Made by a program: the position numbers and the translations under genes
Notes under the pieces: model-generated
What the model saw: the letters and a program-made list of their open reading frames with translations, nothing else
Database searches by the model: none
Told to the model about the DNA's origin: nothing
Shown here: one piece after another, positions 53,501-64,000 of the stretch
How the letters are laid out: the number at the start of each line of letters is the position of its first letter
Numbering within the stretch: the stretch's first letter is position 1
Origin: Paragordius varius
Taxonomy: Eukaryota; Animalia; Nematomorpha
Length of the DNA stretch: 64,000 nt
Assembly (NCBI GenBank): GCA_964247055.1
Contig: OZ176050.1
Coordinates: forward strand, 2,356,001-2,420,000
Direction: 5' to 3'

Positions 53501-56074
53501 AAATTTTTGCAACCATGCATCACATGTTTCAACCGATTGAGTATTCTTCGATATATTTCCACAAGCAAACGATGACTCAACAGCCTTTTTCTGATAAAAT
53601 TAGAATAACCATTCACCGCAAATGTTTTTTGGCACAATATTCGACACTACCTTTAAACACAAATTTGGGTGTTTGTAGTTTAATAACAGATGAAATAGAT
53701 GAGTTGTTTCAAATTGATCATCTGCATCCTTTTCGCTGACTTCTCTAATTCAAACCGAATGACTTCTGTACCAGGTATATAGTTGTATCAAACCAAAAAA
53801 GGAGTTAGCTATTCGAATCGATTTAAATTGTTCTTAATATAGAATGCGTGCCAAATTTAGGGTCAAAAATGTATTTTTAAGTTTTCGTGTTTTAGCGAGA
53901 GGAGCTTACTATTTCAGAATCTGAAAAAAAAATTAAAAGTGCACAATGCCAAATCGATTTTTGTCGAATACTAACCGAAAATAATTCTTATTCTTTAAGT
54001 ATTAAAATGACCACGCTATATACCATCCAAACTCTTTACGGTGTGCTGAATCTAAATTGAACATACATGAAAGCTGTTTTATTTGTAACATCAAGAAAGT
54101 TAGCGCCTAACTTAGGTGTAAAACAACATTTTCTTTATAGGATGAGGAAACGAGATTAAAGCTCCTATTAGGCTTTGTTAAAACCGAATGGTAACTAAAA
54201 AATCCAAGTTCAAAAACTGTTTTAAAAACCGGAACTGAGATCCCGGATCTAAAAAACGATTTTATAGATTATTTTTTATTTTTTATAAAATTTGAACCTA
54301 ATTTTTATTATCTCCGTTTAAATCATTATATTTTTGACATTTTCGAAACCAATTTCGGAAAAGCATGAAAACGGAACAAGAATTTTTTGGCATAAAATTT
54401 TATCCAAACTCGAACAATTAAATCTTTTTGTTTCAAATATTTCAAAATTTGATTTTAATTTATAATACGAATAACGGTAAAGTCAAATTGTAGCATAATA
54501 AATTCATAAATAAAAATCTAAGTGGACTGATATGTTTTTTATATCGTGTTAGCAAATAGTTTTACTTTTTCAAAATGATGGTTTTTGAAAAAAAATAAAG
54601 CATTGTTACCTATATCATATCCATTTTGTGATTCATTTTGTCGTCTGCGACCATGAGCGCCTTCCTTAACATCCCAACTTCGTTGTCTTTGATACTGTCT
54701 CCGATATTTTTGTTCGTTTCTGTCTTGTGGATTTCTATTTCTTTGCGAAGCATGATGGTTTTGAACATGTTTATTGCCATTGGCATTTCGAGTGCGTGCA
54801 CGTAATTCACGCTGTATCCTTAAGTTTCGTTTAGCCATCCGTTTTATGAGTTTATTAATTTCTGTGGGTGAAACTATAATATTTTCTGTCATATATGAGG
54901 GTAGTTCTAAGTTTTTATTATCATCATTGTCATCAGCATTCACATGAACTTCGATTCCAACTGGTTCTACTTTGTCAACGCGATTTTTATTATGATGGAT
55001 TTGAGTAAATACTAGATTGCTACTATGTGAATTAATATTTGACACCGGTAGGCGTATAAATGGATTATTTATAAAATTATGGGTTTGATTATTTGTTGGT
55101 GAGGCAGGAGCTTGGTAAATGTCAAATCCTCGGCTAATATCCAATAATGCTTCGGCTCGATTTGAAACATCCCCGTCATTCATGGTTAAAAACTTGGATT
55201 TTTGAAACAGATTGGTAACTTCTTTTGGTCGATAGCTAAATTTCTTCTTATCATAATCGGAACGGTAATTGGATCTTAACGGTTTGTCGCGTATTCGGAA
55301 TTTAGCCATCTTTAGGGCGGATAACATTTTTTTCTGTTCATCATTATTGGTAGTGGCAACTTTACCGTGTAGCTGTTCATTAACATCACCACCATTTTTG
55401 TATAATGAATGAGATGAGGTAAGAGATAAACCCTTACGGGCTGCTGCCTTGAATCGCGTTAAAGGGTCCTTCTTCAAGTTCCACAAGTAATAATCCTTTT
55501 TGGCCACGTCAGTTTCATCATAAAATTTGGAACTGTGGCCTTCGGACAGCGCTCTTTGCTTGTAGTATCGTGCAAGTTCCTTGTAACTTTTTCTAAAAGC
55601 AAAATCTGGTGTCGGAGCTTTCCATGACGTGGTTGGTGTACTAAAATGCCGAGATTGATCCGTACTCGTTGGCATTGTACTTGACCATTCTTGTGTTGTT
55701 GATGTTTTTGTTGCGATATGCGTCTGATCATTTAAATCTTTCTTATTATCTTTTCGTTCCTTTTTACGCTGACGTTTAGATTTTGATTTCGATTTCTTCC
55801 TATTATTGTTATTACGTCCCTTTTTCCGGTCTTTTTTGTTTCGATTAGAAGCTGTGGTGGTTTGAGGATTGGTTGTCGAAGCAAGTCTTGTAGAAACCGG
55901 TGTAGAAGATTTATGGAGAAAAGTAAAAACCCAAGTGGTATAAGCCGAAGTAACTGTCGATAATTCCGATTTCTTAGTGACGGCTTTCAAGTCTTGTACG
56001 TTAATGGTTAAAAAGTAAAAAATTGCAAAAATAAGCGGGATATAGATTGAACTAATTGAAATTGTTTTGAACAT
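50502..56074 (-). CDS. Uncharacterised secreted basic protein (~540 aa): signal peptide, Thr/Ser-rich and polybasic segments; 2 coding exons inferred
   Basis: Long exon 56074-54610 (ATG at 56074, hydrophobic leader MFKTISISSIYIPLIFAIFYFLTINVQDLKA). Phase-1 donor ATAG|GTAAC at 54609 joins a phase-matched acceptor AAATAG|GA at 50660; exon 50659-50502 is open to TAG. The large exon is well supported; the 50.6-kb exon is inferred. Confidence 0.7.
50842..51933 (+). mobile_element. Helitron/HINE-like non-autonomous element with an internal ~510-bp tandem duplication
   Basis: Begins ACTAG followed by the hairpin CTCGtGCTGC-TAC-GCAGCcCGAG (50854-50876) and ends TTTTATAAATATATAGAT. 51020-51385 repeats at 51530-51900 (e.g. 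AAAAAAGCGAGCCGACTATGTTCGGCGCAATC twice). Confidence 0.55.
52764..53777 (-). pseudogene. Decayed, internally deleted Mos1-like mariner element with both ends
   Basis: Minus translation with frameshifts: SNIVPKKHLR, HRLLVEIY, ETCDAWLQKFKS, RRSGK..EDQVQDLLDDDSTQIQQQL, YEKWL, NPKRKK, KNTMLCAW*EQSGFVYYELLK, KVILLHDN, FFWQSIHLPGRWAKRVEADE*YF. Degenerate TA|(C/T)CAGGT-type ends at 52764 and 53777. The YSPDLAP region is missing. Confidence 0.85.
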
Positions 56075-57370
56075 TGGGACAAGCAAAGTATTTTTCACTG
56101 GGTAAAAAAAAACCGGAATTAATAAAATATATGCAATAAATTATGTATGCGCGTGGTAAGTTAAGCAGAAATGATTTAAAGAGTTATATCTATATGTCTA
56201 CAAATGTCAAAATATCAACTACATCATATACGCATGCAATAAATTTGAAAATTTGTAAATTTTACAGGTATTAATTAAAATATTTAATGTATTAAGAGAT
56301 ATATATTATTATATATTAAGGATTAAATATTTTCATATCTTAAGACATTTATAATATATATTATAAGGTGCAGGTACAAATAAATTTTTATTATATTAGT
56401 GAGTGGATTATCAGAAAATCTCTGTTTTGCTAATAAAAAAATTAATCCCTTAAAAAATTCTTAGCTTATTTAATGAAAATGATAGATGCATAGTTGTAGA
56501 GACGAGAATATAACTAATTTGCTATAGTACAATTTTTTTATTTTTATTTAATTTTACTTAAAAATAATTTTTTTTATAGTTCATTAAGTAACAACTACTA
56601 TTAAAACATTTATATTTTATATATTAAAATTAATTTAATTAGAAGAAATATCTGTCCAACAAGCATTAACCTTTGAACTCCCTATCATATATATAATTAT
56701 CAAATATGCACTGAAAAAATATGATTGTGGAATTAAAACTGGTAAAATGCGCGTCTCATAAAATACATTATTTTATTGTTCAATAAAACGTTAAATGATA
56801 TATAGAGATTTTAGGTGACACTTTTTTTATCAGTTAAAAGTATTATATAAAAAGTTATCAATTAATGTTTCCTCCGATCATATAATTTTTGTATTTTTAT
56901 TTGAATCAGAAAGTTAACAAAAATATACATATTGACTGTGTTTGTCCAACCACAAACGGTCACATGTTATATTTAAAACTTAAATGACCCTAAATCTCTA
57001 AAAAATTAATAAGATTTATTTTCAATAATAAGTAAGTAAAGGTGCAAAAGGTTAAGGAATGAATAAATTATTCACTTAATTATTATTATTATTGTTGTAA
57101 TTGTAAATCGGGGGAGAATGGTTGTTAACGCCCTCTCTACCATTCAACTTTCAAATGGGTTTTTAATTTTATTATAATGAATTTTTTTTGATTAAATGTC
57201 AACTGAAAAGATCATAAGAGTGGAAAATAGGTCAGCTCACCTGCCAAATAAATAATCTCGATTGCAAAAGAGTGGTACGGATATAATTCAACATGAACTA
57301 AAAAATTAACGTGTTAGCCTTCAACTCTAATTGTGTTAGCTGTTAGGAGAGAATGATCCATTTCGAAGGG

Positions 57371-57377
57371 TATAAAA
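57371..57377 (+). promoter_or_regulatory. TATA box of the His/Gly-rich secreted protein gene
   Basis: gggTATAAAAggg is flanked by G-runs in otherwise AT-rich DNA, about 185 nt upstream of the ATG at 57556. Confidence 0.55.
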
Positions 57378-57555
57378 GGGCCAACATTTTTTCACACATT
57401 CAAAATTTTATCAATATTGTTTTTACAATATAATTATTTATATTTGACCCTTTAACCTCTTTACGTGAGATTAATCATTGTTTCTGCGAATTTCACGAAG
57501 AACCCAAAACCAAGATTATATTTGGACGCACATCATTGAAAACCATTAAATTATT

Positions 57556-59083
57556 ATGGCAACCTTGCGAATTCTACCAATTACACTGCTCGCTACCTTA
57601 GTAATTGTATTGATTCACATCTCTTGGTTTCCCTGTTCTGCTCACGATTATTCAAAAGCCAGACCAATTTTTGGCTCACCAGTGGTTCATGGGGGTAAAG
57701 GAGTTGCTATTATAAGTGGAATTGGAAAGGGGAAAGGCAAAGGCATTCGACCCATATATCCCATATTTAATGGACCCTTCAATTATCACAAAAAGAAGGG
57801 AAAAATAAGTCATCACCATCACCACGGGCACGGACATAAAGGAAAGTATGGAGCTGTTAAGAAATATTATTACAGCTCTACGAGTTCAACAACAAGCAGT
57901 TCCACCACAACGGATAAAGTTAAAGTCAAGTATATCATTGTCAAGAAATTACATGGACACCATGATAAACATGGACACGGACATGGTCACAGCAGTATAA
58001 TTGGCGGAAAGCATGGAAAAGGCGGAGCTATAATAATCAATGGACTAGGATACCAGAAAGGTATAAATTGTTTAACTCATTTTTGTTGTAATTAGTTAAT
58101 ATTTTAGTTTGGCTGTTGGATTAGATTGATATTTTTTAAGGAACGTAACATGTATTGCGGTAAATCTAATTAATAAGAAAATTAAATGATAAATTGCCGA
58201 TTAATATGTTTCAAATCAAGCATATGCAAGGATTATTATAAAACAGAGAAAAACACATGACATATTTTTGATTAATTGTCAGATAGTTATGTATATTTGG
58301 GAAACGAAATTTTGTCCTTTAAAAAGTTTTTTTTTAATTTATCATAGCATGTTCCTTATTTTGGAGTGAATTATGGCAACAGTTTATAAATGGCTTAAGA
58401 AACCTTTGTACCCGTTATAACACGGCCACCATAAATTAACACCTATATAAAATTGAATAAATTCTGACAAACATATGAAACGCTTTTCTCAATTTTTGTT
58501 AAATTCAAATGGGCAAACAATTTAATTATATTAGGAAATCTCGATTGAAATTTGAAATTCTATAATGGTGTATAACTGGTATGAATGCGTTAATAGCTTA
58601 ATTAAATTAATTGTTTCTGGAATAAAAATAATCAAAGGTTCTATTTTAATGTTAAAACTTTTTTGTTCATTTCAAAATTGATTGATTGATTTATTCGACT
58701 TATAAAATTATATTCCATAACGATTGAATTTGTATTGAAAGTGTATTATTACTTTGTTGAATGTCGCGAAGAAATCGGATATCCTCATATTCAGATATTT
58801 TAATTTATTTTCAATTTGTGTAATGCAAGCATGCACATACAACGAAGTCAAATCTAAAAAACTTTTTACGAATACCATTATTGATTTCATTTCGAATTAA
58901 AAAATACATTGACAATTTTTATATGTTATTGATTAGCTATAATAGGCGCTAAAATTATCAAACTATAAAATATTTAATGTTGCAATCTTATAAAAAAATC
59001 AATATTTAGCATATACTATATATGGACCAGTCTATGTTGATGAAAAACTTAAAATATTACAAAATTAAGTCAATATACTCGAA

Positions 59084-59114
<31 letters not shown>

Positions 59115-59958
59115 TCATCACACAGGTAAAGATCTTTTGATAAATGATGATAAAAAGAGCAGTGGTGTTGGTTCTGATGCGGCCGTCAAAGATTTGCTGT
59201 CCTCTTTGTTGGTTCAGGACAAACAAAAAAATCAAATTGTTAAACGTGACATTTATCCCACTCTAAATAAACTTATAAAGCACAAAAAGAGCAAGGATGT
59301 CCGGGAGGCCGTTAAGCGCCATGAAAATTCACTTAAATCCAAAACTAACAGAAATTATAAAAGTGGTCGATTACTAATAAACGCAAATAGGGTCAATGAT
59401 GACACTAAAGACCACAAAAATGTAGTTTTATCTCCCAGTGGCAAAGATAAAGGCCCAAAATTCAACAATAGAAGATATAGTTATACGAATACGCGAAAAG
59501 TGGTAAACCCCGAACAACTTGGGTACAATGATGACAAAAATTTAGAGAATCGTATAAAAGCACGCGAGGAAGAACAGCTTAGAGCTTTAAGCGGGCCTAG
59601 GAAACCTTTATGGGCCGGAGCTAAAAACTCTGACTTAGGGTATGGCTCAGCCATTGAAAAGTTACCGTTTGGCAGTAACGTCAAGGGCGATTCAGGCCTC
59701 GAAAATAATCATGTGTTTGGTAAAAAGAATTATCCAAATTTGGATATCATTAAACCCGAAGAGTCTTTAGAAGAGCACCAAGACAATGAACAACGCAAAA
59801 AAAGTGGAGAAGATGGTGTTAAATCCATTCATAAAGGCGAAGATCAAGATTTGAAATCTGCCAATAACAAGGGAGACTCAGGAAACTATAATGGCCACCA
59901 TCATGGAGAACATTTACATGATATTTTAGATGATTTACCATTCCCTATATTCATTTAA
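57556..59958 (+). CDS. Uncharacterised secreted His/Gly/Lys-rich protein (445 aa), 2 exons
   Basis: Exon 1 57556-58060 (signal peptide ending about PCSA, then HGHG/GKG-rich domain) ends at donor AAAG|GTATAA. Exon 2 59126-59958 starts after acceptor CACACAG and is in frame with the 273-aa ORF. Total 1338 nt = 445 codons + stop. TATA box upstream. Confidence 0.82.
59091..59114. repeat. (TA)n microsatellite next to the 3' splice site of the His-rich gene
   Basis: Uninterrupted TA run ending ~10 nt before the acceptor AG at 59124-59125. Confidence 0.8.
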
Positions 59959-61708
59959 TTGCAACCATTGACATGTGCATTTCGATGTTTTAGTCACCAA
60001 ATATTACCTCAATATTATATATTAAATAAATGAATAATATGTAAAGAAAATAATATTTTTACAGAAAATATTGTTTGGGATTATTTTGGAAAGGTTAGGA
60101 AAAAGTATTGGATAAAAGTAGAAATATTTATACAAACACATTTTATCAGCTAGTTAAAATTTGTCTTTGGATATAAAGTGGTACCCGTTTAGGATTGAGC
60201 TTAATTCAAATAATTTATTTATCCATATAAAATATTATTCTGTATCAATAATAAATCGCCCAAATTCATTTGCGCGCCATTTTTTGTTTATTAGACGGTT
60301 TTAATTATATTGTATAGCCAATATTTATGGTTCAACCCTAAATATCAGATTATTATGCCTTAAAATGGTGTATAGCCATAATTTTTTGGGAGGGTGGTGT
60401 GCCCATTTAAAGATATCCGAGTTTTTCTTATAGATAAAATAAATTTAAACTTTGAAAGTTTATATTTTGGATATTGCTTCCATATTATTTAAGTAATGGG
60501 CCTACTGCCAACACACGAAAATACATAGTTTACTTTAGGTGTCAGTATAGATAAAATAATTATTAAATAAGCTATCCTATTTAATACCGAATAATTGGTT
60601 ATATGGAGCATATGAAAATCTATTTTATATATTATATGGTTGGAATATTTTTATTATTCACAATACTCGTATCCTCCAAAAAATCAACTCATTATTAATA
60701 TTTATCTCTAAGAGTCCCAACCTTTGTTTCTAAGAATCCACTCATTCTGCATTTTCATTTATGCGACTTTAAAACTCTATCATCCAAATTTTAGCACCTG
60801 TGGAAATTATACCCTATGTATGGTGCCTTAAATCAAACCCATGCTCTAATTTTTGACTCAATATATTTTACTTGCGAACAAAAATATATATTTCAGCAAT
60901 GGCATAATCTAGGCTGTTAGTTATACTATATGTTAATTACCATTCTTGCTTTCCACCCAAGTATCAACAGTTTAATCTAATCTCAATATGCATATTCAAC
61001 CCTTGCTATCTTTAAACAATTCTATCCGTATTTTGTTTCCAGACTGCACAATATATGGGTATAAACAGCAAAAAGTCCAATATTTTCCACCGCAAATTAT
61101 TCTAAAAAATTAAAAGCTGATATGGTTTCTGTCAAATTCTCTTTGTTTTAAAATCCGAAAAACGCTCTTTTTTCACACGTCCATACATAAGTTCGATCTT
61201 TTTCAAACAAACAAATTGACTTTTAGGCAAATCAATCAATCAGATCCTATGCAAAAATTTGTTATTACTGCATGATTCATTTTTTTTCAATAACTTTCTA
61301 AATAACTGGCCAAAGTTTTATATCCATGGAGTTATAAGCGTTTTTTTAGGTTTATCATTACAGGCTAAATTTATTTATCTTTAGCTAATAAGTGCGGTAT
61401 AGGAAACTTTGAAATGAGGAGACTATATATAAATTGCATTCTTTAAAATAAATTATAAAAAAAAGTTAGCAGTTATAAACATGATTGTAATGCAAGTATT
61501 GGTATATTTGGTATGGCTATTATATATGAACATATTGCGTAACAAATATAAAATTACATGAGAATCTGTAATACCATTTCATTCTTTTTGAACTTTTATT
61601 TTAGTTGAGAAGATAAAAATGCCTGGACCTCAGTAATAAAGGAATGTTTCAATGAATTATATTGCAGTATTGAGTCTATCTGGCCCCAACATTTATATAA
61701 TAAATTAA

Positions 61709-63866
61709 TTACATGATTGAACATCGGGAATTTTGGTTGTTATTACTGATTGAACTATCCTTGTAAGAATATTTGACTTTTGGTTTAAGTACGGCTATTA
61801 TAGCTTGTTCAAACACCTTTAACACAATATATTTTGCAAATGAAAATATAAAACTTAAGTATGATATCTAATTAATAATGAAATGTAACACATAAAGTTA
61901 AGTTGAAAAAAGCGTATAAAACAGATGAATCCAAAGGTTAAATTTAAAGGATTAATATAAATTAAAAGATGACCATATTAATGTTTAATGTCATCGACAT
62001 ATCCAGTATTAATTTTTATACTGGCTGGTAAAATATGGGGTCGAGGGTTCTTTAACCCCAAATTTAGGAAAAAATGCTTGCGCTAGAACTTATTAAAAAC
62101 ATTATCTTTTTAAATGCTTATTACAAAAGAAATATTAATAATTATAAAAAAGCTAAAAGATGGAAAAATAAAATATAATTTACTTGCGGCAATCCTTTTT
62201 GCGTAAGTGCCGAACATTCCATATAATTTATGGCATGTAATCGTTGGGCCAACTTAAGCCCTTGTTCTTTCCTTACGGGTTCTTTCCCTTGGTGTGACAA
62301 ATTTTCCAATATTTCAGCGTTTTCACGTAAATCTGTTTTAGTTCCTACATGCATATATAATAGCATAAAGGTTAAAAGTTAATTATTTCAATACAACATT
62401 TTTAAATTAAGGCGTATTCGATTAAACTTAGCAAAACTTTTATAATTCTCATTAAATATTCTTGAAAATGAACGTGTTTTAAACATACCAGAATACATCA
62501 TACATTTATTACGAAAAAAACCAATATTTATTTTTCTCTTGTATATATAATCGATATTTGCAAAAATATAAAATTCATATATGGGCGTATGCACTGTAAA
62601 AATTATTAGAAAATTTAAAATATAATAAAATGACATCCAATAACTTTTATAGATATTAGCATAATTAATCCAAAATTATGGATTATGTATGTAGTGATTT
62701 TCTTTTTTGCCTGTTTCTAAACGTTGAAAATGACTAAAGGCAATTCGAATTAATTATAAAAGTTAATAAAATGCGCTGTATATTAATCAAAAAAAATGTT
62801 AACTTTAAAACATTTATATTAATTTATTCATTCTAAAATATATATAATAATTTATTTAAAATGAAAAAACTTTAAAAGAAAATAAAATCTAAATTATACC
62901 GACAATAAGTATTGGTACATGCGGACAATGGTGACGGATTTCAGGGACCCATTTGGTGGAAACATTGTCGAACGAGGAAGGACTCACAACGCTAAAGCAC
63001 ACGATAAACACATCCGTCTAACAATCATATATATATATATAAATTTTAAGAATTGATTTTTAAATAGTAATATATATTATATAAAATTGTAAGAAAGCGA
63101 ACAAATGCCGCAAAATTTTTGGATATATCTGTATATCATTGATGTAAATCTTAGAAATCGCCTTTACACTTTTTGTGAGGTAATTAAATAAAAAATTGTC
63201 CCTCATAATTTAAAATTAGCGGACTAACGCCATATAATAAATAAATGCAATTATTCGATATGCAAAATTTTAATTTTATAACTAAATTTTCAAAACATAT
63301 TTTCAAAAATATGGAGGTGTATAATTAATAATTGAGATACTTTAACAAGCATTTATTGTGATGCTAAATTTGGCAGGTAACAGAATATCTGACAAGTATT
63401 TTAAAATAAATTTAAGTGATATTGCTAATCAAACTGTATATAAGCTTATACAAAGAGTCAGCAGGATTTTTATGCATATATCTAGAAATTTATATTGGTT
63501 TACAAAATTGCCAGGAATACGATCCCTTACCCATAATCGACTTATAGTTATAAAAAATAAAATAAAAAAATAAGTGTATTTAGTTTTTTATTTCCTTTTT
63601 AGAGAGTCTGACCCCGAATATTTCAGGTTTCAAAAACTAGTATTTACATACTTTATCTAAATATATGAGTCACTCAAAACATATAAACAAAGAAGTCATA
63701 AATTAGACACAACATGATTAAAAATTAAAACAAACTTCTTTTTCAACTTACTTGAGGATAAGAGAGTGGTCTCAATCTATCATAATCCTCTTGTCCAGCC
63801 GTGTCCCAAAGCCCAAGATTAATCGGTATATCGTCAACAATCATGGCTGCAGTGTAATTATCAAAT
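61709..63866 (-). CDS. Mtl: Rac/RhoG-like small GTPase, Mtl/MIG-2 type; last four exons (5' exons lie beyond the window end)
   Basis: Exons 63866-63752 (FDNYTA...[22 protein letters not shown]), 63017-62900 ([32 protein letters not shown]), 62344-62184 (GTKTDLRE...[14 protein letters not shown]) and 61816-61709 ([12 protein letters not shown]...RCSIM*) join in phase. A CAAX box ending in Met and the EQGLKLAQ insert resemble Mtl/MIG-2 as I remember them. Confidence 0.88.
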
Positions 63867-64000
63867 CTAAATTCCATAAAATTGAAATTATTCACAAATT
63901 GAAGTTTCAAAATATTTTATTCACAAACAGAAAAAACCAGGTATTATTCTTATTTTTTAAAATGTAATTCTTTCGTTTTAATATATATCAAAATTAAAAA

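Noticed and set aside
52850-53739. Cluster of overlapping plus-strand ORFs (63-95 aa), and a similar cluster at 33045-33953 and 39885-40121
   Set aside because: They are antisense shadows of the decayed minus-strand mariner transposases, not genes.
56075-56098. GTG start giving MKNTLLVP at the front of the 519-aa ORF
   Set aside because: The GTG overlaps a polypyrimidine-CAG splice acceptor; in a eukaryote the ATG at 56074 or an upstream exon is the plausible start.
54610-59684. Alternative-frame and antisense ORFs 54610-54810, 55474-55731 and 59481-59684
   Set aside because: They lie wholly inside longer, better supported coding exons and have no independent splice or start context.
1-64000. 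tRNA, rRNA, snRNA or prokaryotic/viral insert
   Set aside because: No cloverleaf, rRNA-conserved block or gene-dense intronless segment was recognised by eye; a tRNAscan/Infernal run would be needed to exclude small RNAs.

Overview
Very AT-rich, intron-containing animal DNA, probably from an ecdysozoan/protostome invertebrate (the ncs-2-like and Mtl/mig-2-like genes point that way; I cannot assign a species). Six protein-coding genes were reconstructed by hand from GT-AG signals: (1) a 7-exon SLC3/CD98hc-rBAT-type amino-acid transporter heavy chain (4979-7479,+); (2) a 602-aa Asn-rich ORF of unknown function (36856-38664,+); (3) a 3-exon neuronal calcium sensor, ncs-2-like (45219-48509,+); (4,5) a head-to-head pair of signal-peptide-bearing, Cys-free, very basic proteins I do not recognise (50502-56074,- and 57556-59958,+, the latter with a His/Gly/Lys-rich domain); (6) the last four exons of a Mtl/MIG-2-like Rho GTPase (61709-63866,-). 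The rest is packed with decayed or non-autonomous transposons: two TTAA-flanked piggyBac-type MITE families that nest in each other at three places, a 1.94-kb TA-flanked foldback element, several small TA-flanked and hAT-type MITEs, three Mos1-like mariner relics, a LINE RT relic and a Helitron-like element with a tandem duplication. No rRNA, tRNA or CRISPR was seen. The best candidate for an undescribed system is the divergent secreted-protein pair at 50.5-60 kb. All alignments were made by eye and comparisons to known proteins are from memory.
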